Of a stretch of 25,272 nt of DNA, positions 15,856 through 24,665 are shown piece by piece. Both the position numbers and the translations under genes were made by a program. Numbering within the stretch: position 1 is the stretch's first letter; each line of letters begins with the position of its first letter. The DNA lies in IMG/VR virus record IMGVR_UViG_3300042568_000961, positions 1-25,272 of that record. One strand, 5' to 3'. The stretch is from a virus (lineage: Duplodnaviria > Caudoviricetes). The notes beneath the pieces were generated by a model. It was given only the letters and a program-made list of their open reading frames with translations, was not told the origin of the DNA and did no database searches.

Positions 15856-16686
15856 ATGGCCATCACCACCAGAGAAGACTTTATAAATTACACGTTTAGA
15901 AAACTTGGAGCCCCAGTAATCCAGATAAACGTTGATCCGGAGCAGGCTGAAGATCGCTTAGACGAATCTTTAGAATATATGCAGGAAAGGCATTTTGATT
16001 TCAATCAGAGAGCTCAGTTCGTAGTTCCAATTTCTTCGACTTATGTAACAAACCAATATTTTGATGTCAGTACTTTTGGCTATGCCGTAGGCGCACAAGG
16101 CGTGACATCGGCATCCAGCGGTGCCACGGCTTTCTGGCCAGCAGCAGATGACATCGTGTCTATTACAAAAGTTTATAGCCCAAGCGATCAGGCCGGTGAT
16201 TACATGTTTGACTTAAGATATCAAATGACGCTATTTGATTTCTTCGGTCTTTATTTTAACCAGGGTGGTCTTTCACAAGGACCTATGGCAACATATATGG
16301 AAAGCATGCAATACATCTCGCTAATCAATGATGTATTCAATTACCCTGTCTCTTATACATACACCAAAACAACAAACAGGCTTTATCTTGAAACGCAGCC
16401 GTCCGATATGGAAGATAGCAATTACCTAATGGTAGAGGCATATGTCAAAATAAATCCAGACTATTATCCAAAAGTATGGGATGACAGAATTTTTAAACGT
16501 CATTATGCAGCTTTACTTAAAAAACAGTGGGCGCAAAATTTGTTAAAGTTTGCTGGCATGCCTCTTCCTGGTGGAGCACAATTGAATGCCCCTGCAATGA
16601 TGCAGGAGGCTGTCAGGGAATTGCAAGAAATAGAACAAATGCTAACTAAGGTCTACGAATCTCCGATAGACCCAATGATCGGATAA
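15856..16686 (+). CDS. gp13: Neck protein gp13
   Basis: TREDFINYTFRKLGAPVIQINVDPEQAEDRLDE, KKQWAQNLLKFAGMPLPGGAQLN, DPMIG. Confidence 0.95.
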   Translation: MAITTREDFINYTFRKLGAPVIQINVDPEQAEDRLDESLEYMQERHFDFNQRAQFVVPISSTYVTNQYFDVSTFGYAVGAQGVTSASSGATAFWPAADDIVSITKVYSPSDQAGDYMFDLRYQMTLFDFFGLYFNQGGLSQGPMATYMESMQYISLINDVFNYPVSYTYTKTTNRLYLETQPSDMEDSNYLMVEAYVKINPDYYPKVWDDRIFKRHYAALLKKQWAQNLLKFAGMPLPGGAQLNAPAMMQEAVRELQEIEQMLTKVYESPIDPMIG

Positions 16687-16687
16687 T

Positions 16688-17365
16688 ATGGCAACAAATC
16701 CATACATCAATCTAACATCATACCAACCAGAGCAAAATCTTGTTGAAGATATTACTGTAGAATTGATACAGGGAATTGGACAGGATTGTTATTACGTACC
16801 TCGAAAGTATTTTAACATCGATAAAGTCTTCGGTGAAGATCCCGGATCTTCGTTTGAAAAGGCTTATGTTCTTGAAATGTACATTCAATCCTATAAAGGG
16901 TTTGATGGAACCGATGTAATTACGCAATTTGGGTTGGAGATTAAAGACAAAATTACTCTAATAACTGCAAGACGACGTTTTAGAGAACAAGTAACAGATA
17001 GTGATTCAGCGATAACACGCCCCCGAGAAGGCGATTTGATTTATTTTCCGCTCTCAAAGTCTTTGTTTGAAATTAATTTTGTAGAGCATGAAAATCCTTT
17101 TTATCCGCTCGGTAAATTATATTCATATCAAATAACTGCTGAATTATTCACATACAGCTACGAAAAGATAGATACCCCAAACAGCAATATCAATGCTCCG
17201 TATACCAATACAACAAGCGGATTGTCTGGTTCTGTTATAATTCCTCTTGCAAATAATCTTGGAACCACATACGGCATCAATGATATTCTTGAATCAGAAG
17301 GCAATTCATATGGGTTTGATCCAAACAATCCATTTGATGAAGTAGATTGTCCAGGAGGCCCATAA
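16688..17365 (+). CDS. gp14: Neck protein gp14
   Basis: EQNLVED...GQDCYYVPR, FGED, LEMY, FGLEIKD, RPREGDLIYFP, FEINFVEHENPFYPLGK. Confidence 0.95.
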   Translation: MATNPYINLTSYQPEQNLVEDITVELIQGIGQDCYYVPRKYFNIDKVFGEDPGSSFEKAYVLEMYIQSYKGFDGTDVITQFGLEIKDKITLITARRRFREQVTDSDSAITRPREGDLIYFPLSKSLFEINFVEHENPFYPLGKLYSYQITAELFTYSYEKIDTPNSNINAPYTNTTSGLSGSVIIPLANNLGTTYGINDILESEGNSYGFDPNNPFDEVDCPGGP

Positions 17366-18009
17366 TGTTCGGATATTTTTATAATCAAAATTTAAGAAAA
17401 TTAATAGTATCATTTGGGTCTCTGTTTAGCAATATTGAAGTGGGTCACGTGGATCCAGATACCGGAAATACCACAAACATCCGGGTTCCCGTGCATTATT
17501 CACCGCAAGAAAAATTTATACAAAGATTGTTACAACCTTCTTCAATAACTCCAGGAACAAGAATTGAAGTCCAGGTTCCAATTATAAGTTATATTTTAAA
17601 TAGCATATCTCCGGACCCATCACGAAGATTTAATCGTTTTGCAAAAAACGATAATATGATAAATTGTGGACCAAGTGGTAGTGGTGTATACAATCAAATA
17701 CCAGTAAATGTAAGTTTTAATCTTTTTGTCTATACACGGCATACCGATGATATGCTACAGATTGTTGAACAAATAATGCCATATTTTGTTCCAGATCATG
17801 TAATTACAATTGACATGAATGAAGTACAGACAAATGTGCAGATTCCCGTAATAATGGTTAATAATAATTTGAGTGAACGGTATGAAGGAGATCTTTCCAG
17901 TAGAAGACTTAATATAGCCTCATTTCAATTTGTTGCCAAAGCCTGGATATTCGGTGATGTCAAGGCTGTTAGCGGCATAAGTTCTTCAAACTTGATTATA
18001 TTTGATTAA
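17365..18009 (+). CDS. gp15: Tail sheath stabilizer / completion protein gp15
   Basis: MFGYFYNQNLRKLIVSFGSLFSNI, IRVPVHYSPQEKFIQRL, LQIVEQIMPYF. TAATG overlap with gp14. Confidence 0.93.
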   Translation: MFGYFYNQNLRKLIVSFGSLFSNIEVGHVDPDTGNTTNIRVPVHYSPQEKFIQRLLQPSSITPGTRIEVQVPIISYILNSISPDPSRRFNRFAKNDNMINCGPSGSGVYNQIPVNVSFNLFVYTRHTDDMLQIVEQIMPYFVPDHVITIDMNEVQTNVQIPVIMVNNNLSERYEGDLSSRRLNIASFQFVAKAWIFGDVKAVSGISSSNLIIFD

Positions 18010-18010
18010 T

Positions 18011-18448
18011 ATGAATAAAAATTTAACAAAACTGTTTAATTTAAATGACGTTCCGGCAGTGCAGCCAAAAACAAATTCTGGTGGAACGTATGATCAGGCA
18101 TCATTCCAAAAAGACTATGAAATGGTACAATCAAATCTAAAAGATTTGATTGGTAATGGAAATGTGGCATTGGAGGCTGCATTAAAAGTTGCAACGGAAT
18201 CCGATTCCCCCAGAGCATTTGAAGTTGTCGCCATTCTTTTAAAAACTATGGCAGACCTGAATAACAATATGCTCGACGTTCATAAAAAAGCAAAAGATAC
18301 TACAGGTACAAAAGTAGAGGTAAAACAAACCAATAATTCTGTGTTTGTAGGTTCCACAAAAGATTTACAAAATCTCTTAAATAAAGATAGAAGTACAGAA
18401 AAAGATATTGTGGAAGCGGAGATTTTAGATAATGGCTCAAATACATAA
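18011..18448 (+). CDS. gp16: Terminase small subunit gp16
   Basis: DYEMVQSNL, ESDSPRAFEVVA, NNSVFVGSTKDLQNLL. Confidence 0.93.
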   Translation: MNKNLTKLFNLNDVPAVQPKTNSGGTYDQASFQKDYEMVQSNLKDLIGNGNVALEAALKVATESDSPRAFEVVAILLKTMADLNNNMLDVHKKAKDTTGTKVEVKQTNNSVFVGSTKDLQNLLNKDRSTEKDIVEAEILDNGSNT

Positions 18449-20087
18449 AGAGGGTTATAGAAATAATCCAAAGCTAAAACTGCCCGGTGTTGAGCTTCAA
18501 TATACAGAAGAACAACTAAAAGAATATGTTAAATGTGCAAAAGATCCAGTATACTTTTGTGAAAAATACATCAAAGTAAAGACTCTGGACAAAGGAATTG
18601 TCCCCTTTAATCTATATCAATATCAAAAAAACTTTGTTAATGCAATTCATGACAGTCGCTTTACCATTTCCAAGTGGCCCCGCCAGTGTGGTAAATCAAC
18701 GTGTGTTACTAGCTATATTTGCCATTACATAACATTCAATCAAAGCGTTAACGTAGCAATTCTCGCTAACCGTTTAAAAACAGCTAAAGAAGAACTTTTT
18801 TCCAAATTGCAACTGGCATATGAAAACTTGCCGCACTTCCTCCAGCAGGGCGTGGTAGAATGGAATAAAACCAGTTTTAAATTAGAAAACGGCTCTAGAG
18901 TGATGTGCGATGCAACAAGCTCATCGGCTATCCGTGGTGGTTCTTATAACCTACTTCTGTTGGACGAATACGCCTTCTTGCCGAGTCACGTAGCAGAAGA
19001 ATTCTATACATCTACCTATCCAACCATTTCCGCAGGTACCACCACAAAGCTTATCATTGTTTCTACGCCAAACGGTATGAATCATTTTCATAAACTTTGG
19101 GTAGATGCCAAAAGACCAGAAGGTCATAAGTTAAAAAATAAATTCGTTCCAGTCGAAGTAACTTGGAGAGATACCCCAATTAGTCCCGGCAGTCCTAAAC
19201 TACGTGATGACAACTGGGCAGCGGAGCAGATAGCCAATACAAGTGCAGATCAATTTGAACAAGAATATGGCTGCAGCTTTTTGGGATCTTCCAACACCCT
19301 AATTTCTTCCAGTAAATTAAATTTACTAGCTCCCGAAGAACCAATAAGCGAAAATGCAGAGGGTTATAGGGTTTATGAAACACCACAGAAAGACAAAACC
19401 TATTTTTTGCAGGCCGATGTTTCCAGAGGCCAAGGAGTAGACTATTCGGCATTTACCGTAATTGAAGGATCACAAGCTCCATATAAAGTTGTTGCATCGT
19501 ATAGAAATAATACAATAAGCCCATTCAATTTTCCTACAGTAATATTAAACGCTGCAAAAGCATATAATAATGCTTATGTGTTGATCGAAACCAATGATCT
19601 TGGTGGCCAGGTTTCAAATATTCTGCATACTGATCTAGAATATGAAAATGTGTTGATGACAAAGGTTCTTGGAAGAAAGGGCCAAATCCTATCACAAGGC
19701 TTTGGTGGTGTTGGTAAAAATGAAATGGGTATTCGTACTACTGCCCAAACTAAAAAAATAGGTTGCGCCATCTTAAAAAGATTGATTGAAGAAGATAAAA
19801 TTTTATTAAATGATGAAAGAATCATATCCGAATTGATGTCTTTCGTATCTAAATCAAACACCTACAAGGCTGATGACGGCCAGCATGACGATTTGGTAAT
19901 GAGTTTGGTGTTCTTTGCTTGGCTAACTCGACAAGAATATTTTGCTGATCTGGTAGAACAGGCAAAATTTAACTACGAAGAAGCATCCAAGCCAGAAGAT
20001 GATAACATTTTATTCATACCAGACCAAAGAAATGACGAGGATGGAGAAGAATTTGTTTCAGGAGGAGCTGTGTGGTACCCTACATAA
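18432..20087 (+). CDS. gp17: Terminase large subunit gp17
   Basis: Walker A PRQCGKST, Walker B LLLLDEYAF, IVSTPNG, nuclease ADVSRGQGVDYS and HDDLVM. Confidence 0.98.
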   Translation: MAQIHKEGYRNNPKLKLPGVELQYTEEQLKEYVKCAKDPVYFCEKYIKVKTLDKGIVPFNLYQYQKNFVNAIHDSRFTISKWPRQCGKSTCVTSYICHYITFNQSVNVAILANRLKTAKEELFSKLQLAYENLPHFLQQGVVEWNKTSFKLENGSRVMCDATSSSAIRGGSYNLLLLDEYAFLPSHVAEEFYTSTYPTISAGTTTKLIIVSTPNGMNHFHKLWVDAKRPEGHKLKNKFVPVEVTWRDTPISPGSPKLRDDNWAAEQIANTSADQFEQEYGCSFLGSSNTLISSSKLNLLAPEEPISENAEGYRVYETPQKDKTYFLQADVSRGQGVDYSAFTVIEGSQAPYKVVASYRNNTISPFNFPTVILNAAKAYNNAYVLIETNDLGGQVSNILHTDLEYENVLMTKVLGRKGQILSQGFGGVGKNEMGIRTTAQTKKIGCAILKRLIEEDKILLNDERIISELMSFVSKSNTYKADDGQHDDLVMSLVFFAWLTRQEYFADLVEQAKFNYEEASKPEDDNILFIPDQRNDEDGEEFVSGGAVWYPT

Positions 20088-20092
20088 TAATG

Positions 20093-20099
20093 CTAAATA
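20093..20099 (+). promoter_or_regulatory. Late promoter (CTAAATA) for the sheath/tube genes
   Basis: Intergenic, 22 nt before the gp18 ATG, followed by an SD-like AAGGGA. Confidence 0.7.
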
Positions 20100-20121
20100 T
20101 TTTTTAGAAAAGGGATCCTAA

Positions 20122-21438
20122 ATGCCATCACTCAGCTCTTTTGTCAGTTCAAACCAATATTTTACCGAAAGTACCACCTTACCGCTATACGCCGGTATGA
20201 TTCTCGGTAGCCCATATAATTCCGGCTTTACATTCGATGGTACTTCTGGTGCAGCTGGATCTGATCCGGGTGGTTTATTTGGCTGGTTAACATATTCCAG
20301 AGCATATCTTTACGGAGCAACCCCAAAGGGATCCACTACGTCCCAATATATTCTTTATACTACTCCCCAAGATTTAATTGGAGATTTGAATAAACTATCT
20401 GGAATTACATCTTGTTTAATTTCAAATCCAACAGACGGTGGAACTTATGGATTTTTTGTTACTAATGGAACTGTGGATAATGTCGTAAGAGTCGTACCAC
20501 AAACACCAGGAACCGATTTGCTGCACGCTCTATCATATCTGGCATATGGTGGCAATCTTGTTCTTGTTGGTGAACCTTCTGGTTTTGATTCCTATATTAC
20601 TGATAGTGAAATTTATTTGGATCTTGTTATCGGAAAAGAAGGTAACACTTCAGCATGTCAGTGGTTGATTGACCAGCCATACACTGCAGGCGTATTCCCA
20701 ACGATTCCTGCAAATAGTGGCTCACTTTCCGGTTATACTGGAGCTGGATATACGATGGCGGATTATGCTACACTTTTTAATGATGCTACTCTTGTAACAG
20801 GAACAACCGTTGCAAATAGAATCTTTAATGTTTATGGTGTAAAAACCGTTACTGATTTGGATACAACCACTCTATTAAGCAATAGCAAACTTACTTACAC
20901 CATTCCTGCAGTCGGGGACGTGGGTGGATTTTTTACAAGATCTAAAAATAGAAAAGAACAATATCTAACAGTTGCCGGTGTTGATCGTGCAACGGTTCTT
21001 AACGGTAATGTTGTAAATCCTATTAATTGGACTGATTCTCTAAAGAATACATTTAGAACAAATAGAGTAAATTTCTTTGTAAATTACAATCCCAAATTTT
21101 TAGGAAGTGATTTAACAGGAGCTACTGCAAGCGCTACTTTTAGTTCAGATGATCGTATAGGACCGTCAAGATTAAAGTCAGCTTTACAAGAAATGATTAC
21201 GCAGATTGCGTTGAAATACCTCTTTGATATCAATAACGCCTCTACGCGAGCCCAAGTAACAGCAGAAGTGGAGACCGGACTAGATCCATTTGCTCCGTAT
21301 ATTGATACCACACAAACTCAAATTTTGTGCGATGCTACCAACAATCAAGATAATAGTTCTTCCTTAACAATTGAAGTCGTAATCAAGCCGATTTACAGTA
21401 TTGACAGTTTTGCAATCAATATTACTCTAACACAATAA
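20122..21438 (+). CDS. gp18: Tail sheath protein gp18 (short, divergent)
   Basis: ALSYLAYGGNL; C-terminal KYLFDINNASTR...ILCDATNN...IKPIYSI. Located between gp17 and gp19. Confidence 0.85.
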   Translation: MPSLSSFVSSNQYFTESTTLPLYAGMILGSPYNSGFTFDGTSGAAGSDPGGLFGWLTYSRAYLYGATPKGSTTSQYILYTTPQDLIGDLNKLSGITSCLISNPTDGGTYGFFVTNGTVDNVVRVVPQTPGTDLLHALSYLAYGGNLVLVGEPSGFDSYITDSEIYLDLVIGKEGNTSACQWLIDQPYTAGVFPTIPANSGSLSGYTGAGYTMADYATLFNDATLVTGTTVANRIFNVYGVKTVTDLDTTTLLSNSKLTYTIPAVGDVGGFFTRSKNRKEQYLTVAGVDRATVLNGNVVNPINWTDSLKNTFRTNRVNFFVNYNPKFLGSDLTGATASATFSSDDRIGPSRLKSALQEMITQIALKYLFDINNASTRAQVTAEVETGLDPFAPYIDTTQTQILCDATNNQDNSSSLTIEVVIKPIYSIDSFAINITLTQ

Positions 21439-21992
21439 TGCCAGCAAACAATAATAGCATAATTTCATTTAAGGATGGATTCAATGGTGGAACGAGGTCT
21501 AATAGATTCGTCGTTACTCCAACATGGCCTTCTACTATAAATGTGACTTCTGCTGATTCTCAGTTTAAAATTGTTTCCGCATCTTTACCGGCAGTTCAGG
21601 TCAATACGATAACTGTTCCATATCGTGGAAGAAATATCACATTTGCAGGGGATCGTCAATACAGTACATGGTCTGTTGGAATTTATGATGATAACAATAC
21701 AGAAAATCTGTGGAAGGCCATGCACAAATGGTCGGAATACATGGATGGCCACTACACACACTTAGTGAAAAATAACGATTATTCGTATCAAGGTTTTCAA
21801 ACCACATGGAACATCAAACAACTTGGCCCAAACGGTGACATGGACAGTCCAATCAAAACGATTTATCTTTATAAATGTTGGCCATCAGTTGTAGGTGAAA
21901 TCAATTTAAACATGGGTGAAGTAAACTTTGTTGGGTTTAGCGTTACACTTACTTTCGATTACCTAAAAATTCAGGATAACTATAATAGCTGA
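21438..21992 (+). CDS. gp19: Tail tube protein gp19, copy 1
   Basis: GGTRSNRF, SASLP, VPYRGR...AGDRQYSTW, CWPSVVGEINL, FSVTLTFDY. Confidence 0.9.
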   Translation: MPANNNSIISFKDGFNGGTRSNRFVVTPTWPSTINVTSADSQFKIVSASLPAVQVNTITVPYRGRNITFAGDRQYSTWSVGIYDDNNTENLWKAMHKWSEYMDGHYTHLVKNNDYSYQGFQTTWNIKQLGPNGDMDSPIKTIYLYKCWPSVVGEINLNMGEVNFVGFSVTLTFDYLKIQDNYNS

Positions 21993-21993
21993 T

Positions 21994-22524
21994 ATGCTCA
22001 ACAACTTTAAAGAAAACTTCTTTGGTGGAACCAGAGCAAACAGATTTAGGATAAATGGATCATTTCCTACTGGTGGTGGTTTTACTGATTTTCACGTAAG
22101 AGCCACACAGGTTCCCAGTGTTTCCAGTAAAACAATAAGTTATGACTATTTTGGAAGAAAATACCACTATCCCGGAGAAAAGGATTACGGAACATGGTCG
22201 TTCCAAGCATGGGATGACACCGGTAATAATAATATTTGGGGACAGATTCAAAGGTGGCAAGATCTTATCAATAACCACGATACGAATGTTTCTGCAATAA
22301 ATGCAGATGCATATAAGGCTTATAACTGGTCGATTCAGCATTTAAATTTAAATGGTGAAGATGGTGAAAATCCAATTCTAAAAGAATTTATTTTGCATGG
22401 ATGTTGGCCTGCCGGTATCCAACAAGTAAGTCTAAACATGAGTAATCCAAACCAGTTAAATAGTTTTAACGTCATCATAGTGTTTGATTACATTGAAATT
22501 AGAAATGTGACACAAAGGAATTAA
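21994..22524 (+). CDS. gp19: Tail tube protein gp19, copy 2
   Basis: GGTRANRF, YFGRKYHYPGEKDYGTW, GCWPAGI, FNVIIVFDY. Confidence 0.85.
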   Translation: MLNNFKENFFGGTRANRFRINGSFPTGGGFTDFHVRATQVPSVSSKTISYDYFGRKYHYPGEKDYGTWSFQAWDDTGNNNIWGQIQRWQDLINNHDTNVSAINADAYKAYNWSIQHLNLNGEDGENPILKEFILHGCWPAGIQQVSLNMSNPNQLNSFNVIIVFDYIEIRNVTQRN

Positions 22525-22527
22525 TAT

Positions 22528-24096
22528 ATGGAAATCGAATTATTTGGATTTGAATTTGGAAATAAGAAGAAAGATACAAAAGAAGGCAAGTATGAAAATG
22601 CCATGCAGTCTTTTGCTGCTCCAGAAGTATATGATGGCACAGTAACGGTTGAGGCAGGTGGATTCTTTGGCACGGTTCTGGATTATGCCACAACCATGCG
22701 GGATGAGCAGCAATCCGTAATTCAATACAGAAATATGTCTGTATACCCAGAGCTGGACAATGCTATTGATGAAATTGTCAATGCTGCAATTGTTCCGGGC
22801 AGCGACCACAAACCAGTAAAATTAAATCTAGATGATTGTCCTATATCAGAAAATATTAAGACAAAAATTTATAAAGAATTTGATAGAGTCTTGCATCTTT
22901 TGGATTTTAATCATAGATCTTACGAGACATTTAGACGCTGGTATATTGATTCAAAAATTTATTACAATATCGTAATAGATAAAGATCTACCAACCGATGG
23001 AATAAAGGAAATGATTCCTATCGACCCTCTTAAGATCAAGAAAGTAAGAAAACTTAAAAAAGAAATGGGGAAAGGTCCCGGTGATGCTCCCCCAGTTCAA
23101 TTGATCAAAGAAATCGAAGAATTTTACGTTTATACGAATACGGATAAAGACAGTTATATAATGACAGGCCCACAGGGCTTAAATCTGTCGTTAGATAGCA
23201 TTGTATATGTCCCATCTGGCCTCGTTGATCTAAACTCAAAGAGAGTATTGGGATATCTGCATAAGGCAATTAGACCACTTAACATGTTGCGTCAGATGGA
23301 AGACGCTTTGTTGGTTTATCGTATTGCAAGAGCGCCAGAGCGCAGAGTATTCTACGTAGACGTTGGCCAGCTGCCAAAGCAAAAGGCCGAGCAATATATG
23401 CGAGACATGATGAGCCGTTTCCGCACTCGACTTATCTATAACCAAGATACCGGAGAAGTTCGGGACGAAAGAAAGTTCATGTCTGTATTGGAAGATTACT
23501 GGCTTCCAAGAAGAGAAGGTTCTCGTGGAACAGAAATTAGTACACTACCGGGTGCTCAATCACTTTCACAAATTGAAGACGCAGAGTATTTTAAAAAGAA
23601 ATTATACGGTTCTTTAAACGTTCCTTTAAGCCGTCTACAACCCGAAACCAATGGTTTTAACATGGGTCGTTCAACGGAAATTACAAGAGAAGAAATAAAG
23701 TTCTATAAATTTGTTGACAGACTCCGTTTCCAGTTTTCAAAATTATTCATGGATACACTTCGAGTTCAATTGCTTCTGAAGGGCGTCATGACAGAAGACG
23801 ACTGGAAAGAGCTAAAGAGTGACATAAAGATTGTATTCAATACCGATAATTATTTCTGGGATCTCAAAGAAGCAGAAATTTTGTCTGAGCGCATTAAGAT
23901 GCTTTCTTTTGTTGAACCTTACATCGGAAAGTATTTCTCAACAAAATACGTCAAAACACAGATTTTGCGTTATTTGCCAGAAGAATTGAAAGAACTAGAA
24001 CAAGAAATGGCAGAAGATCGTGCGAGGTTGCAACAAGAGCAAGCCGCACTTCTTGCACAACAACAAGCCGCAGGAATACCACCAGAAGGACAGTAA
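22528..24096 (+). CDS. gp20: Portal protein gp20
   Basis: ELFGF, YRNMSVYPELDNAIDEIVN, YRIARAPERRVFYVDVG, LEDYWLPRREGSRGTEISTLPG. Confidence 0.98.
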   Translation: MEIELFGFEFGNKKKDTKEGKYENAMQSFAAPEVYDGTVTVEAGGFFGTVLDYATTMRDEQQSVIQYRNMSVYPELDNAIDEIVNAAIVPGSDHKPVKLNLDDCPISENIKTKIYKEFDRVLHLLDFNHRSYETFRRWYIDSKIYYNIVIDKDLPTDGIKEMIPIDPLKIKKVRKLKKEMGKGPGDAPPVQLIKEIEEFYVYTNTDKDSYIMTGPQGLNLSLDSIVYVPSGLVDLNSKRVLGYLHKAIRPLNMLRQMEDALLVYRIARAPERRVFYVDVGQLPKQKAEQYMRDMMSRFRTRLIYNQDTGEVRDERKFMSVLEDYWLPRREGSRGTEISTLPGAQSLSQIEDAEYFKKKLYGSLNVPLSRLQPETNGFNMGRSTEITREEIKFYKFVDRLRFQFSKLFMDTLRVQLLLKGVMTEDDWKELKSDIKIVFNTDNYFWDLKEAEILSERIKMLSFVEPYIGKYFSTKYVKTQILRYLPEELKELEQEMAEDRARLQQEQAALLAQQQAAGIPPEGQ

Positions 24097-24507
24097 ATGG
24101 ATACGAATGCTTTGCTTTTAAAACATGGTCTAGAAAGTCTTATTGCAGAAAATGACAGTGCTTTCAAGCAAAAAATTAGTCAGGCTCTAGCACTGAAGCT
24201 TAACAATTCTTTTAAAGAAATAAAAGAAAATGTTTCGCAAAAATTGCTATTTCAAACTCTTGCGACCGATACTACGCCGGAATTAAATGAGTTTGTTGAT
24301 TTTATTCAAAATTTTAAATCAGGAAATTATACATTTAAAAATGGTTCTATTATAAATATTTCAGAATCAGAGGTAGAAGAATTAAAAGGATTGTTTGAAT
24401 CCCTGAGCCCAAAAAATAGACAAAAAATGGTGTCAGAAATTTTTAATAGCGGAATTATATTCAAGCAACACATCGAATTCTCTAAGAAAGCCAAAAAACT
24501 ATTATGA
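24097..24507 (+). CDS. Putative prohead core protein (gp67-like N-terminus)
   Basis: Located between portal and protease. The N-terminal helices align with ORF 24504-24665. Confidence 0.6.
   Translation: MDTNALLLKHGLESLIAENDSAFKQKISQALALKLNNSFKEIKENVSQKLLFQTLATDTTPELNEFVDFIQNFKSGNYTFKNGSIINISESEVEELKGLFESLSPKNRQKMVSEIFNSGIIFKQHIEFSKKAKKLL
24351..24358 (+). promoter_or_regulatory. Possible internal late promoter (TATAAATA)
   Basis: Exact consensus about 150 nt upstream of the core/protease genes, but inside AT-rich coding DNA. Confidence 0.3.
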
Positions 24508-24665
24508 AAAACAATATCAGAGAAATGTTAAAGAACGTTATAGAGGAAAATGCCGTAAATTTTAAATCTCATACATCTAAGGTTCTTTACACGAAGGTCG
24601 GCAAAAGACTTCAAGAACAATACAAGACTGTTGCAAAAACAATCATGGGCAAAAAGGCAGAATAA
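24504..24665 (+). CDS. Small prohead core protein (gp67-like, 53 aa); absent from the ORF track
   Basis: MKNNIREMLKNVIEENAVNFKSHTSKVLYTKVGKRLQEQYKTVAKTIMGKKAE. Coupled by ATGA upstream and TAATG downstream. Confidence 0.75.
   Translation: MKNNIREMLKNVIEENAVNFKSHTSKVLYTKVGKRLQEQYKTVAKTIMGKKAE

Noticed and set aside
18432-24096. Intron, intein or homing endonuclease in terminase or portal
   Set aside because: Both ORFs are continuous and of ordinary length, with no splicing motifs seen.
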